The notes under the pieces: generated by a model
Databases searched by the model: none
What the model was told of the DNA's origin: nothing
Seen by the model: the letters and a program-made list of their open reading frames with translations, nothing else
From: Macrostomum hystrix
Lineage: Eukaryota > Animalia > Platyhelminthes
Assembly (NCBI GenBank): GCA_950097015.1
Contig: CATNEN010000012.1
Span: forward strand, 2,604,001-2,668,000
DNA: 64,000 nucleotides
Reading direction: 5' to 3'
Shown here: positions 38,844 through 52,000 of the stretch, in pieces
Position numbering within the stretch: position 1 is the first letter of the stretch
Layout: every line of letters starts with the position of its first letter
Position numbers and translations under genes: made by a program

Positions 38844-41800
38844 ATGATGGGAGATTCTCTCACATGCGGTATCAGATATTCCCTTCTGTTTGACACCAAC
38901 CAACCAGACACGCCGCTTTCCATTGCAGAGAACGTCACCGCACGATCGTTAAGGACATTGGGACAGAATATGGACGTCCGGGACGAGAGCTGGTTTTTCC
39001 AGGAAATGTCGCCACTATTGGCCACGGAGCTACTGAAGAAGATGACAAACAATGAGGGCGCTTTCCTGGTTCGAAGCTTCAAGAAGCGACTGGCTTTGTC
39101 CTATGTGTGAGTTGCCTGTCCTTCTTTGTTAGTTAATTTGGGTCAATTTCCTTGCGTTTTATTGTCTCCAGGCCGATTTTGAATAGTTGTTTTTGTATTG
39201 GTTGTTGTTTGTCAACAATTCCTAGTCTCTTGGTTGTTGTTTGTCAACAATTCCTAGTCTCTTGGTTGTTGTTTGTCAACAATTCCTAGTCTCTTGGTTG
39301 TTGTTTGTCAACAATTCCTAGTCTCTTGGTTGTTGTTTGTCAACAATTCCTAGTCTCTTGGTTGTTGTTTGTCAACAATTCCTAGTCTCTTGGTTGTTGT
39401 TTGTCAACAATTCCTAGTCTCTTGGTTGTTGTTTGTCAACAATTCCTAGTCTCTTGGTTGTTGTTTGTCAACCATTTCCAAGTCTCTTGGTTGTTGTTTG
39501 TCAACAATTCCTAGTCTCTTGGTTGTTGTTTGTCAACAATTCCTAGTCTCTTGGTTGTTGTTTGTCAACAATTCCTAGTCTCTTGGTTGTTGTTTGTCAA
39601 CAATTCCTAGTCTCTTGGTTGTTGTTTGTCAACCATTTCCAAGTCTCTTGGTTGTTGTTTGTCAACAATTCCTAGTCTCTTGGTTGTTGTTTGTCAACCA
39701 TTTCCAAGTCTCTTGGTTGTTGTTTGTCAACAATTCCTAGTCTCTTGGTTGTTGTTTCTCAACAATTCCTAGTCTCTTGGTTGTTGTTTGTCAACCATTT
39801 CCAAGTCTCTTGGTTGTTGTTTGTCAACAATTCCTAGTCTCTTGGTTGTTGTTTGTCAACAATTCCAAGTCTCTTGGTTGTTGTTTGTCAACAATTCCTA
39901 GTCTCTTGGTTGTTGTTTGTCAACAATTCCTAGTCTCTTGGTTGTTGTTTGTCAACAATTCCTAGTCTCTTGGTTGTTGTTTGTCAACAATTCCTAGTCT
40001 CTTGGTTGTTGTTTCTCAACAATTCCTAGTCTCTTGGTTGTTGTTTGTCAACAATTCCTAGTCTCTTGGTTGTTGTTTGTCAACAATTCCTAGTCTCTTG
40101 GTTGTTGTTTGTCAACAATTCCTAGTCTCTTAGTTGTTGTTTGTCAACAATTCCTAGTCTCTTGGTTGTTGTTTGTCAACAATTCCTAGTCTCTTGGTTG
40201 TTGTTTGTCAACAATTCCTAGTCTCTTGGTTGTTGTTTGTCAACAATTCCTAGTCTCTTGGTTGTTGTTTGTCAACAATTCCTAGTCTCTTGGTTGTTGT
40301 TTGTCAACAATTCCTAGTCTCTTGGTTGTTGTTTGTCAACAATTCCTAGTCTCTTGGTTGTTGTTTGTCAACAGTTACTAATATTCTATAAATTCGTTAT
40401 TAATTATTGTGTTAATTATGTAAAATCGCAACAAATTTAAATTTAGTCATTTGCCAACCCCTCAACCGGGTAGCAACATTAGTACTTGACTGAGCAATTT
40501 AAGCGTCAGGAACAAACTGCCACACGAAACAGACTGACAGTCCAGTGATTGGGTGCAAGGCCTATGTGTATGTGCAGCGGGCTGTTCCGCTTATCATATC
40601 TTAACGAGATCAGCTTTCGGACGCAATTATACAGGGCCGAAGAAAGTGATACGGGCAGCATCTTATGCCGCACTTTGGTCATCACCCACCCAGTGTCAGT
40701 TATCGGGACACCCTGCCGAATCATTGCTGCCTACTTTTTGGGCCATTAGTTAACAAAAGAAAAAGCAGCTTTTGGTTTATCGGATATTAGGCTGCAGGCA
40801 GTTGAATTATTAGTTGCTAGGGGAAAATCAGTGCTGCTTCGGATACGTTAACGGAGACTGTTCACTCCATGGTACTACTCGGCTAGTACCCACTTTACAG
40901 ATGGGTAAATTAAAGCAATTTGTTTCCTCCTGCGCCTCAATTCGAACTCCGGACCTTTCACTTAAGTGTCCGAAGCCTCCCCATCTACAAAACCATCTTC
41001 AAGATCTGTCATTCACTGTCAATCAATCCAACTCATCCCGCGCGATGCCTTCCCGAGCAGCTGGCAGCAGTCGGTGAAGCACAGCTGGATCAGCGTGGAT
41101 CCCGGTGGCACAAGCTGCTACCTGCAGCCGCAGGAGCGCTTCGACTGTGTGCAGGAGCTGGTGCAGCACTATGGCAGCACGCCTTGCAGCGGCCTGGCCG
41201 GCCTGCGCCTTCAGCGCTATCCCCTAGCCGAGGATGTTGAGAACTTCCTGCGACTGCCGCCCGCTGACATTGAGATCGGGTCCGATGGCCGCAGCTGCTC
41301 ACTGGTTAATCCGCTGACCGTGAGTGACTGGCTAATCCTTCGAGTTTTTGTCTCACTAATCCCTCAGATTGGTTAATCATTCGAGCATTTGTCTCACTAA
41401 TCCCTCAGATTGGTTAATCATTCGAGTTTTTGTCTCACTAATCCCTCAGATTGGTTAATCATTCGAGCATTTGTCTCACTAATCCCTCAGATTGGTTAAT
41501 CATTCGAGCATTTGTCTCACTAATCCCTCAGATTAGCTAATACTTCGAGTTTTTGTCTCACTAATCCCTCAGATTGGCTAATCCTTCGAGTTTTTGTCTC
41601 ACTAATCCCTCAGATTGGTTAATCATTCGAGTTTTTGTCTCACTAATCCCTCAGATTGGTTAATCATTCGAGTTTTTGTCTCACTAATCCCTCAGATTGG
41701 TTAATCATTCGAGTTTTTGTCTCACTAATCCCTCAGATTGGTTAATCATTCGAGTATTTGTCTCACTAATCCCTCAGATTGGTTAATCATTCGAGTATTT

Positions 41801-44800
41801 GTCTCACTAATCCCTCAGATTGGTTAATCATTCGAGCATTTGTCTCACTAATCCCTCAGATTGGTTAATCATTCGAGTTTTTGTCTCACTAATCCCTCAG
41901 ATTGGTTAATCATTCGAGTTTTTGTCTCACTAATCCCTCAGATTGGCTAATCCTTCGAGTTTTTGTCTCACTAATCCCTCAGATTGGTTAATCATTCGAG
42001 TTTTTGTCTCACTAATCCCTCAGATTGGTTAATCATTCGAGTTTTTGTCTCACTAATCCCTCAGATTGGCTAATCCTTCGAGTTTTTGTCTCACTAATCC
42101 CTCAGATTGGTTAATCATTCGAGCATTTGTCTCACTAATCCCTCAGATTGGTTAATCATTCGAGCATTTGTCTCACTAATCCCTCAGATTGGTTAATCAT
42201 TCGAGTATTTGTCTCAGTAATCCCTCAGATTGGCTAATCATTCGAGTATTTGTCTCACTAATCCCTCAGATTGGTTAATCATTCGAGTATTTGTCTCACT
42301 AATCCCTCAGATTGGTTAATCATTCGAGTATTTGTCTCACTAATCCCTCAGATTGGTTAATCATTCGAGTTTTTGTCTCACTAATCCCTCAGATTGGTTA
42401 ATCATTCGAGTTTTTGTCTCACTAATCCCTCAGATTGGTTAATCATTCGAGTATTTGTCTCACTAATCCCTCAGATTGGTTAATCATTCGAGTTTTTGTC
42501 TCACTAATCCCTCAGATTGGTTAATCATTCGAGCATTTGTCTCACTAATCCCTCAGATTGGTTAATCATTCGAGCATTTGTCTCACTAATCCCTCAGATT
42601 GGTTAATCATTCGAGTATTTGTCTCACTAATCCCTCAGATTGGTTAATCATTCGAGTATTTGTCTCACTAATCCCACAGATTGGTTAATCATTCGAGCAT
42701 TTGTCTCACTAATCCCTCAGATTGGTTAATCATTCGAGCATTTGTCTCACTAATCCCTCAGATTGGTTAATCATTCGAGTATTTGTCTCACTAATCCCTC
42801 AGATTGGTTAATCATTCGAGCATTTGTCTCAGTAATCCCTCAGATTGGCTAATCATTCGAGCATTTGTCTCAGTAATCCCTCAGATTGGCTAATCATTCG
42901 AGCATTTGTCTCAGTAATCCCTCAGATTGGCTAATCATTCGAGCATTTGTCTCAGTAATCCCTCAGATTGGTTAATCATTCGAGTATTTGTCTCACTAAT
43001 CCCTCAGATTGGTTAATCATTCGAGCATTTGTCTCACTAATACCTCAGATTGGTTAATCATTCGAGTATTTGTCTCACTAATCCCTCAGATTGGTTAATC
43101 ATTCGAGCATTTGTCTCACTAATCCCTCAGATTGGTTAATCATTCGAGTATTTGTCTCACTAATCCCTCAGATTGGTTAATCATTCGAGTATTTGTCTCA
43201 CTAATCCCTCAGATTGGTTAATCATTCGAGCATTTGTCTCACTAATCCCTCAGATTGGTTAATCATTCGAGCATTTGTCTCACTAATCCCTCAGATTGGT
43301 TAATCATTCGAGCATTTGTCTCACTAATCCCTCAGATTGGTTAATCATTCGAGTATTTGTCTCACTAATCCCTCAGATTGGTTAATCATTCGAGTATTTG
43401 TCTCACTAATCCCTCAGATTGGTTAATCATTCGAGTATTTGTCTCACTAATCCCTCAGATTGGTTAATCATTCGAGCATTTGTCTCACTAATCCCTCAGA
43501 TTGGTTAATCATTCGAGTTTTTGTCTCACTAATCCCTCAGATTGGTTAATCATTCGAGTTTTTGTCTCACTAATCCCTCAGATTGGTTAATCATTCGAGC
43601 ATTTGTCTCACTAATCCCTCAGATTGGTTAATCATTCGAGTATTTGTCTCACTAATCCCTCAAATTGGTTAATCATTCGAGTATTTGTCTCACTAATCCC
43701 TCAGATTGGTTAATCATTCGAGCATTTGTCTCACTAATCCCTCAGATTGGTTAATCATTCGAGTATTTGTCTCACTAATCCCTCAGATTGGTTAATCATT
43801 CGAGCATTTGTCTCACTAATCCCTCAGATTGGTTAATCATTCGAGTATTTGTCTCACTAATCCCTCAGATTGGTTAATCATTCGAGCATTTGTCTCACTA
43901 ATCCCTCAGATTGGTTAATCATTCGAGATTTTGTCTCACTAATCCCTCAGATTGGTTAATCATTCGAGCATTTGTCTCACTAATCCCTCAGATTGGTTAA
44001 TCATTCGAGCATTTGTCTCACTAATCCCTCAGATTGGTTAATCATTCGAGCATTTGTCTCACTAATCCCTCAGATTGGTTAATCATTCGAGCATTTGTCT
44101 CACTAATCCCTCAGATTGGTTAATCATTCGAGCATTTGTCTCACTAATCCCTCAGATTGGTTAATCATTCGAGTTTTTGTCTCACTAATCCCTCAGATTG
44201 GTTAATCATTCGAGCATTTGTCTCAGTAATCCCTCAGATTGGCTAATCATTCGAGCATTTGTCTCAGTAATCCCTCAGATTGGCTAATCATTCGAGCATT
44301 TGTCTCACTAATCCCTCAGATTGGTTAATCATTCGAGCATTTGTCTCACTAATCCCTCAGATTGGTTAATCATTCGAGCATTTGTCTCAGTAATCCCTCA
44401 GATTGGTTAATCATTCGAGCATTTGTCTCACTAATCCCTCAGATTGGTTAATCATTCGAGCATTTGTCTCACTAATCCCTCAGATTGGTTAATCATTCGA
44501 GTTTTTGTCTCACTAATCCCTCAGATTGGTTAATCATTCGAGTATTTGTCTCAGTAATCCCTCAGATTGGCTAATCATTCGAGCATTTGTCTCAGTAATC
44601 CCTCAGATTGGTTAATCATTCGAGTATTTGTCTCAGTAATCCCTCAGATTGGTTAATCATTCGAGCATTTGTCTCACTAATCCCTCAGATTGGTTAATCA
44701 TTCGAGCATTTGTCTCAGTAATCCCTCAGATTGGTTAATCATTCGAGCATTTGTCTCACTAATCCCTCAGATTGGTTAATCATTCGAGCATTTGTCTCAC

Positions 44801-47800
44801 TAATCCCTCAGATTGGTTAATCATTCGAGTTTTTGTCTCACTAATCCCTCAGATTGGCTAATCATTCGAGCATTTGTCTCAGTAATCCCTCAGATTGGCT
44901 AATCATTCGAGCATTTGTCTCAGTAATCCCTCAGATTGGTTAATCATTCGAGTATTTGTCTCACTAATCCCTCAGATTGGTTAATCATTCGAGCATTTGT
45001 CTCACTAATCCCTCAGATTGGTTAATCATTCGAGCATTTGTCTCACTAATACCTCAGATTGGTTAATCATTCGAGTATTTGTCTCACTAATCCCTCAGAT
45101 TGGTTAATCATTCGAGTATTTGTCTCACTAATCCCTCAGATTGGTTAATCATTCGAGCATTTGTCTCACTAATCCCTCAGATTGGTTAATCATTCGAGTA
45201 TTTGTCTCACTAATCCCTCAGATTGGTTAATCATTCGAGTATTTGTCTCACTAATCCCTCAGATTGGTTAATCATTCGAGCATTTGTCTCACTAATCCCT
45301 CAGATTGGTTAATCATTCGAGCATTTGTCTCACTAATCCCTCAGATTGGTTAATCATTCGAGTTTTTGTCTCACTAATCCCTCAGATTGGTTAATCATTC
45401 GAGTATTTGTCTCACTAATCCCTCAGATTGGTTAATCATTCGAGTATTTGTCTCACTAATCCCTCAGATTGGTTAATCATTCGAGTATTTGTCTCACTAA
45501 TCCCTCAGATTGGTTAATCATTCGAGTATTTGTCTCACTAATCCCTCAGATTGGTTAATCATTCGAGCATTTGTCTCACTAATCCCTCAGATTGGTTAAT
45601 CATTCGAGCATTTGTCTCACTAATCCCTCAGATTGGTTAATCATTCGAGTTTTTGTCTCACTAATCCCTCAGATTGGTTAATCATTCGAGTATTTGTCTC
45701 ACTAATCCCTCAGATTGGTTAATCATTCGAGCATTTGTCTCACTAATCCCTCAGATTGGTTAATCATTCGAGCATTTGTCTCACTAATCCCTCAGATTGG
45801 TTAATCATTCGAGTATTTGTCTCACTAATCCCTCAGATTGGTTAATCATTCGAGTATTTGTCTCACTAATCCCTCAGATTGGTTAATCATTCGAGTTTTT
45901 GTCTCACTAATCCCTCAGATTGGTTAATCATTCGAGCATTTGTCTCACTAATCCCTCAGATTGGTTAATCATTCGAGATTTTGTCTCACTAATCCCTCAG
46001 ATTGGTTAATCATTCGAGTATTTGTCTCACTAATCCCTCAGATTGGTTAATCATTCGAGTATTTGTCTCACTAATCCCTCAGATTGGTTAATCATTCGAG
46101 CATTTGTCTCACTAATCCCTCAGATTGGTTAATCATTCGAGTTTTTGTCTCACTAATCCCTCAGATTGGTTAATCATTCGAGTTTTTGTCTCACTAATCC
46201 CTCAGATTGGTTAATCATTCGAGTATTTGTCTCACTAATCCCTCAGATTGGTTAATCATTCGAGTATTTGTCTCACTAATCCCTCAAATTGGTTAATCAT
46301 TCGAGTATTTGTCTCACTAATCCCTCAGATTGGTTAATCATTCGAGCATTTGTCTCACTAATCCCTCAGATTGGTTAATCATTCGAGTATTTGTCTCACT
46401 AATCCCTCAGATTGGTTAATCATTCGAGCATTTGTCTCACTAATCCCTCAGATTGGTTAATCATTCGAGCATTTGTCTCACTAATCCCTCAGATTGGTTA
46501 ATCATTCGAGCATTTGTCTCACTAATCCCTCAGATTGGTTAATCATTCGAGCATTTGTCTCACTAATCCCTCAGATTGGTTAATCATTCGAGTATTTGTC
46601 TCACTAATCCCTCAGATTGGTTAATCATTCGAGTATTTGTCTCACTAATCCCTCAGATTGGTTAATCATTCGAGCATTTGTCTCACTAATCCCTCAGATT
46701 GGTTAATCATTCGAGCATTTGTCTCACTAATCCCTCAGATTGGTTAATCATTCGAGTTTTTGTCTCACTAATCCCTCAGATTGGTTAATCATTCGAGTAT
46801 TTGTCTCACTAATCCCTCAGATTGGTTAATCATTCGAGTTTTTGTCTCACTAATCCCTCAGATTGGTTAATCATTCGAGTTTTGTCTCACTAATCCCTCA
46901 GATTGGTTAATAATTCGAGCATTTGTCTCACTAATCCCTCAGATTGGTTAATCATTCGAGTATTTGTCTCACTAATCCCTCAGATTGGTTAATCATTCGA
47001 GTATTTGTCTCACTAATCCCTCAGATTGGTTAATCATTCGAGTTTTGTCTCACTAATCCCTCAGATTGGTTAATCATTCGAGTTTTTGTCTCACTAATCC
47101 CTCAGATTGGTTAATCATTCGAGTATTTGTCTCACTAATCCCTCAGATTGGTTAATCATTCGAGTATTTGTCTCACTAATCCCTCAGATTGGTTAATCCT
47201 TCGAGCATTTGTCTCACTAATCCCTCAGATTGGTTAATCATTCGAGCATTTGTCTCACTAATCCCTCAGATTGGTTAATCATTCGAGCATTTGTCTCACT
47301 AATCCCTCAGATTGGTTAATCATTCGAGTATTTGTCTCACTAATCCCTCAGATTGGTTAATCATTCGAGCATTTGTCTCATTAATACCTCAGAAACTCCA
47401 CATCAAACTCAGATTCGAAAATTAGTCATTGATTTTGAGCAGGATGCGAGTCTTTAAACTCCCCGAGGTCGCCCACTTGAAGAACTAATATTTTCTGGGC
47501 CAGCCAGCCAGAATAACGTGCCCCTTAGGCAAGAAAACAAAAAACTATATTTTTCGAAACGCAAACAGGGCGAGCACCACTGTTTCGCTGACACGACTTG
47601 GGCCTAAAATGCATTACAATATCGATTGTTGCTACTGCTAGCTTGAGGATAGAGGAGAGACTGAGGTTTGAGGCTCCTCCCACCCCCCGAGGCTGGGGCG
47701 CGGCCATGAACCGCACTTCGTTTTTAGCGCGCTTTTCAAAAACTCCAGCATTTCGCTTGCATTTGATAGACACTTTTCTGTTGTGTGAGAAACTGAAGGA

Positions 47801-48962
47801 GCGTCTCAAATCCGGAACAATAACACACGCTGCCGCACCCCCTGACTCAAGCAGACGTGAGAGAGAAGAGAAACTGGGAAGGCTAGGGGCGCCTCATGAA
47901 ACATTCAGAGAAGAGATCTCCCAAAAATTCACGCGGTAAGACTGGCTGTTGGAAAGGTGGCAAATGTTGAGCAGACATTTGGGGAGGCAGGGAGAGAAAG
48001 TACCACTGGGGTAGACGGGGCAGAGAGTGAGAGTGAGTGTTAGCAAAAGGTGTTGGGAGGAATAGAAGCGGCCTGTTAGCTGGATACAAAACTACTGCCC
48101 AATATTAGGATCGAAAATGTCTAACAAAAGGCGGCCAAGGTCGGCAATGCCCTGTGGCGCAACCTCATACAGGGATTGAAGCCATAAAGTACCGTAGTTT
48201 TTGCTGCGCATCTTAAATTCATGCCCCAGACTAGATGGTTGCCATACCTCTCTGTATCTCCCTGCCTCCCAGATCCCAAATCCCATGCTCATCCCCAATG
48301 CGTGAAATGGGTTGCTTAGCTGTGAAGGCTGAATTGTTTAAAATAAAACTACGATTACGATCGTAAATTGTCCCGCTGACTGCTCCTGTACATTGTTAGC
48401 CTGGGCAATTAATAGTGAATTTAAGAACAGGACGAGTAAGTTACTTCGTTAGATTTAGATTTTAACTCACTTTACTCACTTTATTGCATCAGGAGAGAGA
48501 GAGTCGCTGCCTCGTGTGAGTAAATTTGCGGCAAATACTTTCTAAAACTTGAGACATGGAGAGATGGGATAAGACAGAGCCCCAGAGTCAGTGTACGAGT
48601 CAGTTTTACACATGCATAAAATACTTTGTTTAGACGAAGTCACTTGATACGGACGGTTGCAGAACCTTCTCCGTGTTACGGTCTGTTGCACGCGGTCGGG
48701 TTCACACGCATCACATTAATTGTAGAGACAAAAATAGCACCAAGGTCAAGAGGAAATTGTAGTAAACCCCGCGATATAATTCTATGATAGTCTTCTCATA
48801 TTGCTGCTTTCGGAGAGATCGGATCTACACAGAAGAATCGTGCGAGTGTGTGTTGTGGAGGCACCGCAGAAGCAATTGTAAGAGAACTAAAGTGTTGTAA
48901 AGTTGTTCGTCAGCTAGTCTCCCTCTCTCATGATCTGCACCTCTTCACCTCGTGCCTGTAGT

Positions 48963-49010
<48 letters not shown>

Positions 49011-52000
49011 TGCAAGGGGAGGGAAGGACTCCATACTGACACTTCAGCTTCGGGTGGTTGAAGTGAATTCGCAGCGAGTGCTCACACCACCACTCTCGCT
49101 GTCCCGCCTCCATGCAGCTCTCAGCTCGCTGATCTATATACTTTCACTTGTCACCCCCGGCCTTGAGTCTGAACTCTTTTAGCCTTGCATGTGGGACTCA
49201 GTCCTTGACTGTTGAGTGGCTGGCAACCCAGATATTTCATTACCCTCTTCCCAATGTAGGAACCTGTGCATTCATTATGTTAAATTATCCTTAAATTCAT
49301 TTCGTTTTAGGCGGCGTTTCACATCCCGAATTTTACATTCCTCAAATTTCGCAACCCCAAAATTCACATCCACAAATTTCACATCTCCGAAATTTCACGA
49401 CCCTAAAATTTACTTACTTTAAATTTCACATCCTCAAATTTTCACACCCCAAGATTTTTCTTATAAAATTGATATTCCATTTGTTACACACTTGTCAACC
49501 GCACCTGCTCGCAGACTCTGGAACACGGTCGGTTCGGCCAGGAGGCTATTAGCGCCATCAGCCGGCGTTACAACTCGCACGAGGTCACCGCCTGCTTGAG
49601 GAATGCCGCCTCAATTCTGATGTGAGTAGATGGGCTTGCTTAACAATGGCTAAACACCTATGACTGACAGTCTAGGAAGGAAATCTTGCCTTTCACTTTC
49701 ACTCAAAGCTGTGCCCGACTCTCGCCCAATAACCCTCCGCGACCCACCGGTGACACTCCAGAGCCCTACTTAATGCATTGTCACCGCTTGTCAAAATTGA
49801 CATGACTGGTACAAGCCCGACACCTCCCCACTCTCAGTCGGACTCAGCTCTCACATCACATCCGCTCGCAAGTGCGCGATTATTAACAGCCTGTCTGGCG
49901 CTCTGCGGGGTTCTCAGTTTAGTTAAAGTTGAGCTCGTCAATTTCTAACCTGTCAATCAGCGACTGAAAGCGAAGAGCGGTTGGCATGTTAATTGCGCGG
50001 CGGCCTCTCACACACTCACACACACTCACACCCACTGTCGCTATGACTTCATGCGGTGGGCGCTTAAGCAATTAACTTAATAACCATTGGCTTCTGCGTA
50101 CAACCCCGACACTTCCAAACTGGAACAGTACCTCGTACTGACTAAAAAAGCGAAGTGTAAGGAGTTAGAGAGGTCTCCACTTGTGCTCAACCTGAGCTCA
50201 ACTCGGCTCTTCTGATTAGAAAGAAAGCATTAAAAAAAGAGTTGATGATTTGAGTGCTTTGCTATGGAAGCAATCACTCAAAGCTACTTGTTGTTACCTG
50301 TTTTGAGTTAGTTTGCTTGCTTTCGTAACTAGCGGTCTGTTTTAATTGACGTGACGCGCGGTTACAATGTTATTTAAAACATCTTTTCATATCAGAAAGA
50401 TGGATGGGAAAGCTAGGGCACCCATACGATAAAAATATAATTAAGCGTGAATAGCTTTTATCAGCACCGATAGTAATTGAATACTCTAAGTAGTATGTTA
50501 TTATAAATAATTACATTTAGAAAATTGGATAACTTTCGCAGTATCTGGAACTGCAAATTATTGCAGTATTACAATAGTTTTTACATTCCTGACCCCCCAA
50601 CTATCGGTCATTATCATTTTAAAAGTAATTATCCTCCTAATCCTCACAGATCAGTCATTATCCTCCTAATCCTCACAGATCACTGATTATCCTCCTGATC
50701 CTCATTGATCACTGATTATCCTCCTAATCCTCATTGATCACTGATTATCCTCCTAATCCTCATTGATCACTGATTATCCTCCTAATCCTCATTGATCACT
50801 GATTATCCTCCTAATCCTCACAGATCACTGATTATCCTCCTAATCCTCACAGATCACTGATTATCCTCCTAATCCTCATTGATCACTGATTATCCTCCTG
50901 ATCCTCATTGATCACTGATTATCCTCCTAATCCTCATTGATCACTGATTATCCTCCTAATCCTCATTGATCACTGATTATCCTCCTAATCCTCACAGATC
51001 ACTGATTATCCTCCTAATCCTCACAGATCACTGATTATCCTCCTAATCCTCATTGATCACTGATTATCCTCCTAATCCTCATTGATCACTGATTATCCTC
51101 CTGATCCTAATTGATCACTGATTATCCTCCTGATCCTCACAGATCACTGATTATCCTCCTAATCCTCACAGATCACTGATTATCCTCCTAATCCTCACAG
51201 ATCACTGATTATCCTCCTAATCCTCATTGATCACTGATTATCCTCCTGATCCTCATTGATCACTGATTATCCTCCTGATCCTCATTGATCACTGAATATC
51301 CTCCTGTATTCCCTCACACCTCGCAGGCTTCTGGACCACGCCAACCTGATCAAGCTGGTTGGTCTGCACCACACTCCCGGCCACCCAATGTCTGGCTACT
51401 GTCTGATCACCGAGCACATCAATTGTGGCAGTCTGCGTCAGTTTGTGCACAAGCAAGGCGAGCGCCTCCTCAGAGACTGGGAGATTCTCATCAGCTTCGG
51501 CGGTCAGGTGGCCAACGCTACGGCCTACCTGCATCGCAAGGGAGTGGTGCACAATGAACTGGTAAATAACTCAGAATTATAATTCAGTTCGTCAAGTTCT
51601 AACTCAGTCACACCCGCCTTGCCCCAGGTCCTGGACAATTGCCTCCTGGAGCGATCCGATCGATTCACTGTGAAACTCTCCGGCTTTGAGTTTTCCCGCT
51701 TCGAAGACTCGAGCCCGCGACCTCTTGTGCACCTGATGTGGCGCAAGTACTGCCGGGTGGCGCCAGCTTGTCCGGAGATTGCCACAGGTGCTAAACAGCT
51801 GCCCACCTGCGCCTCAGACGTTTGGGCGCTGGGGCTGCTGGTTTGGTCGCTGTTCTCACGCAGCTGTCACCCCAGCGAGTGTCCGGGAGCCCAGCCGCCT
51901 CCTCTGTCGCTGAACTCTCCTCTGCTGCCGAAGGAGCTGACAGCGGCCTTGGATCACCTCATCCGGTCCTGCCTTCACAGGGTGAGCTCCAGTGCGCTCT

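Noticed and set aside
19752-47392. CRISPR-like appearance of the long regular arrays
   Set aside because: Units are head-to-tail with no unique spacers, there are no cas genes, and the DNA is eukaryotic.
48928-49182. Poly-Cys and poly-Ala ORFs
   Set aside because: They are readings of an intronic (GCA)n microsatellite with no supporting splice context.
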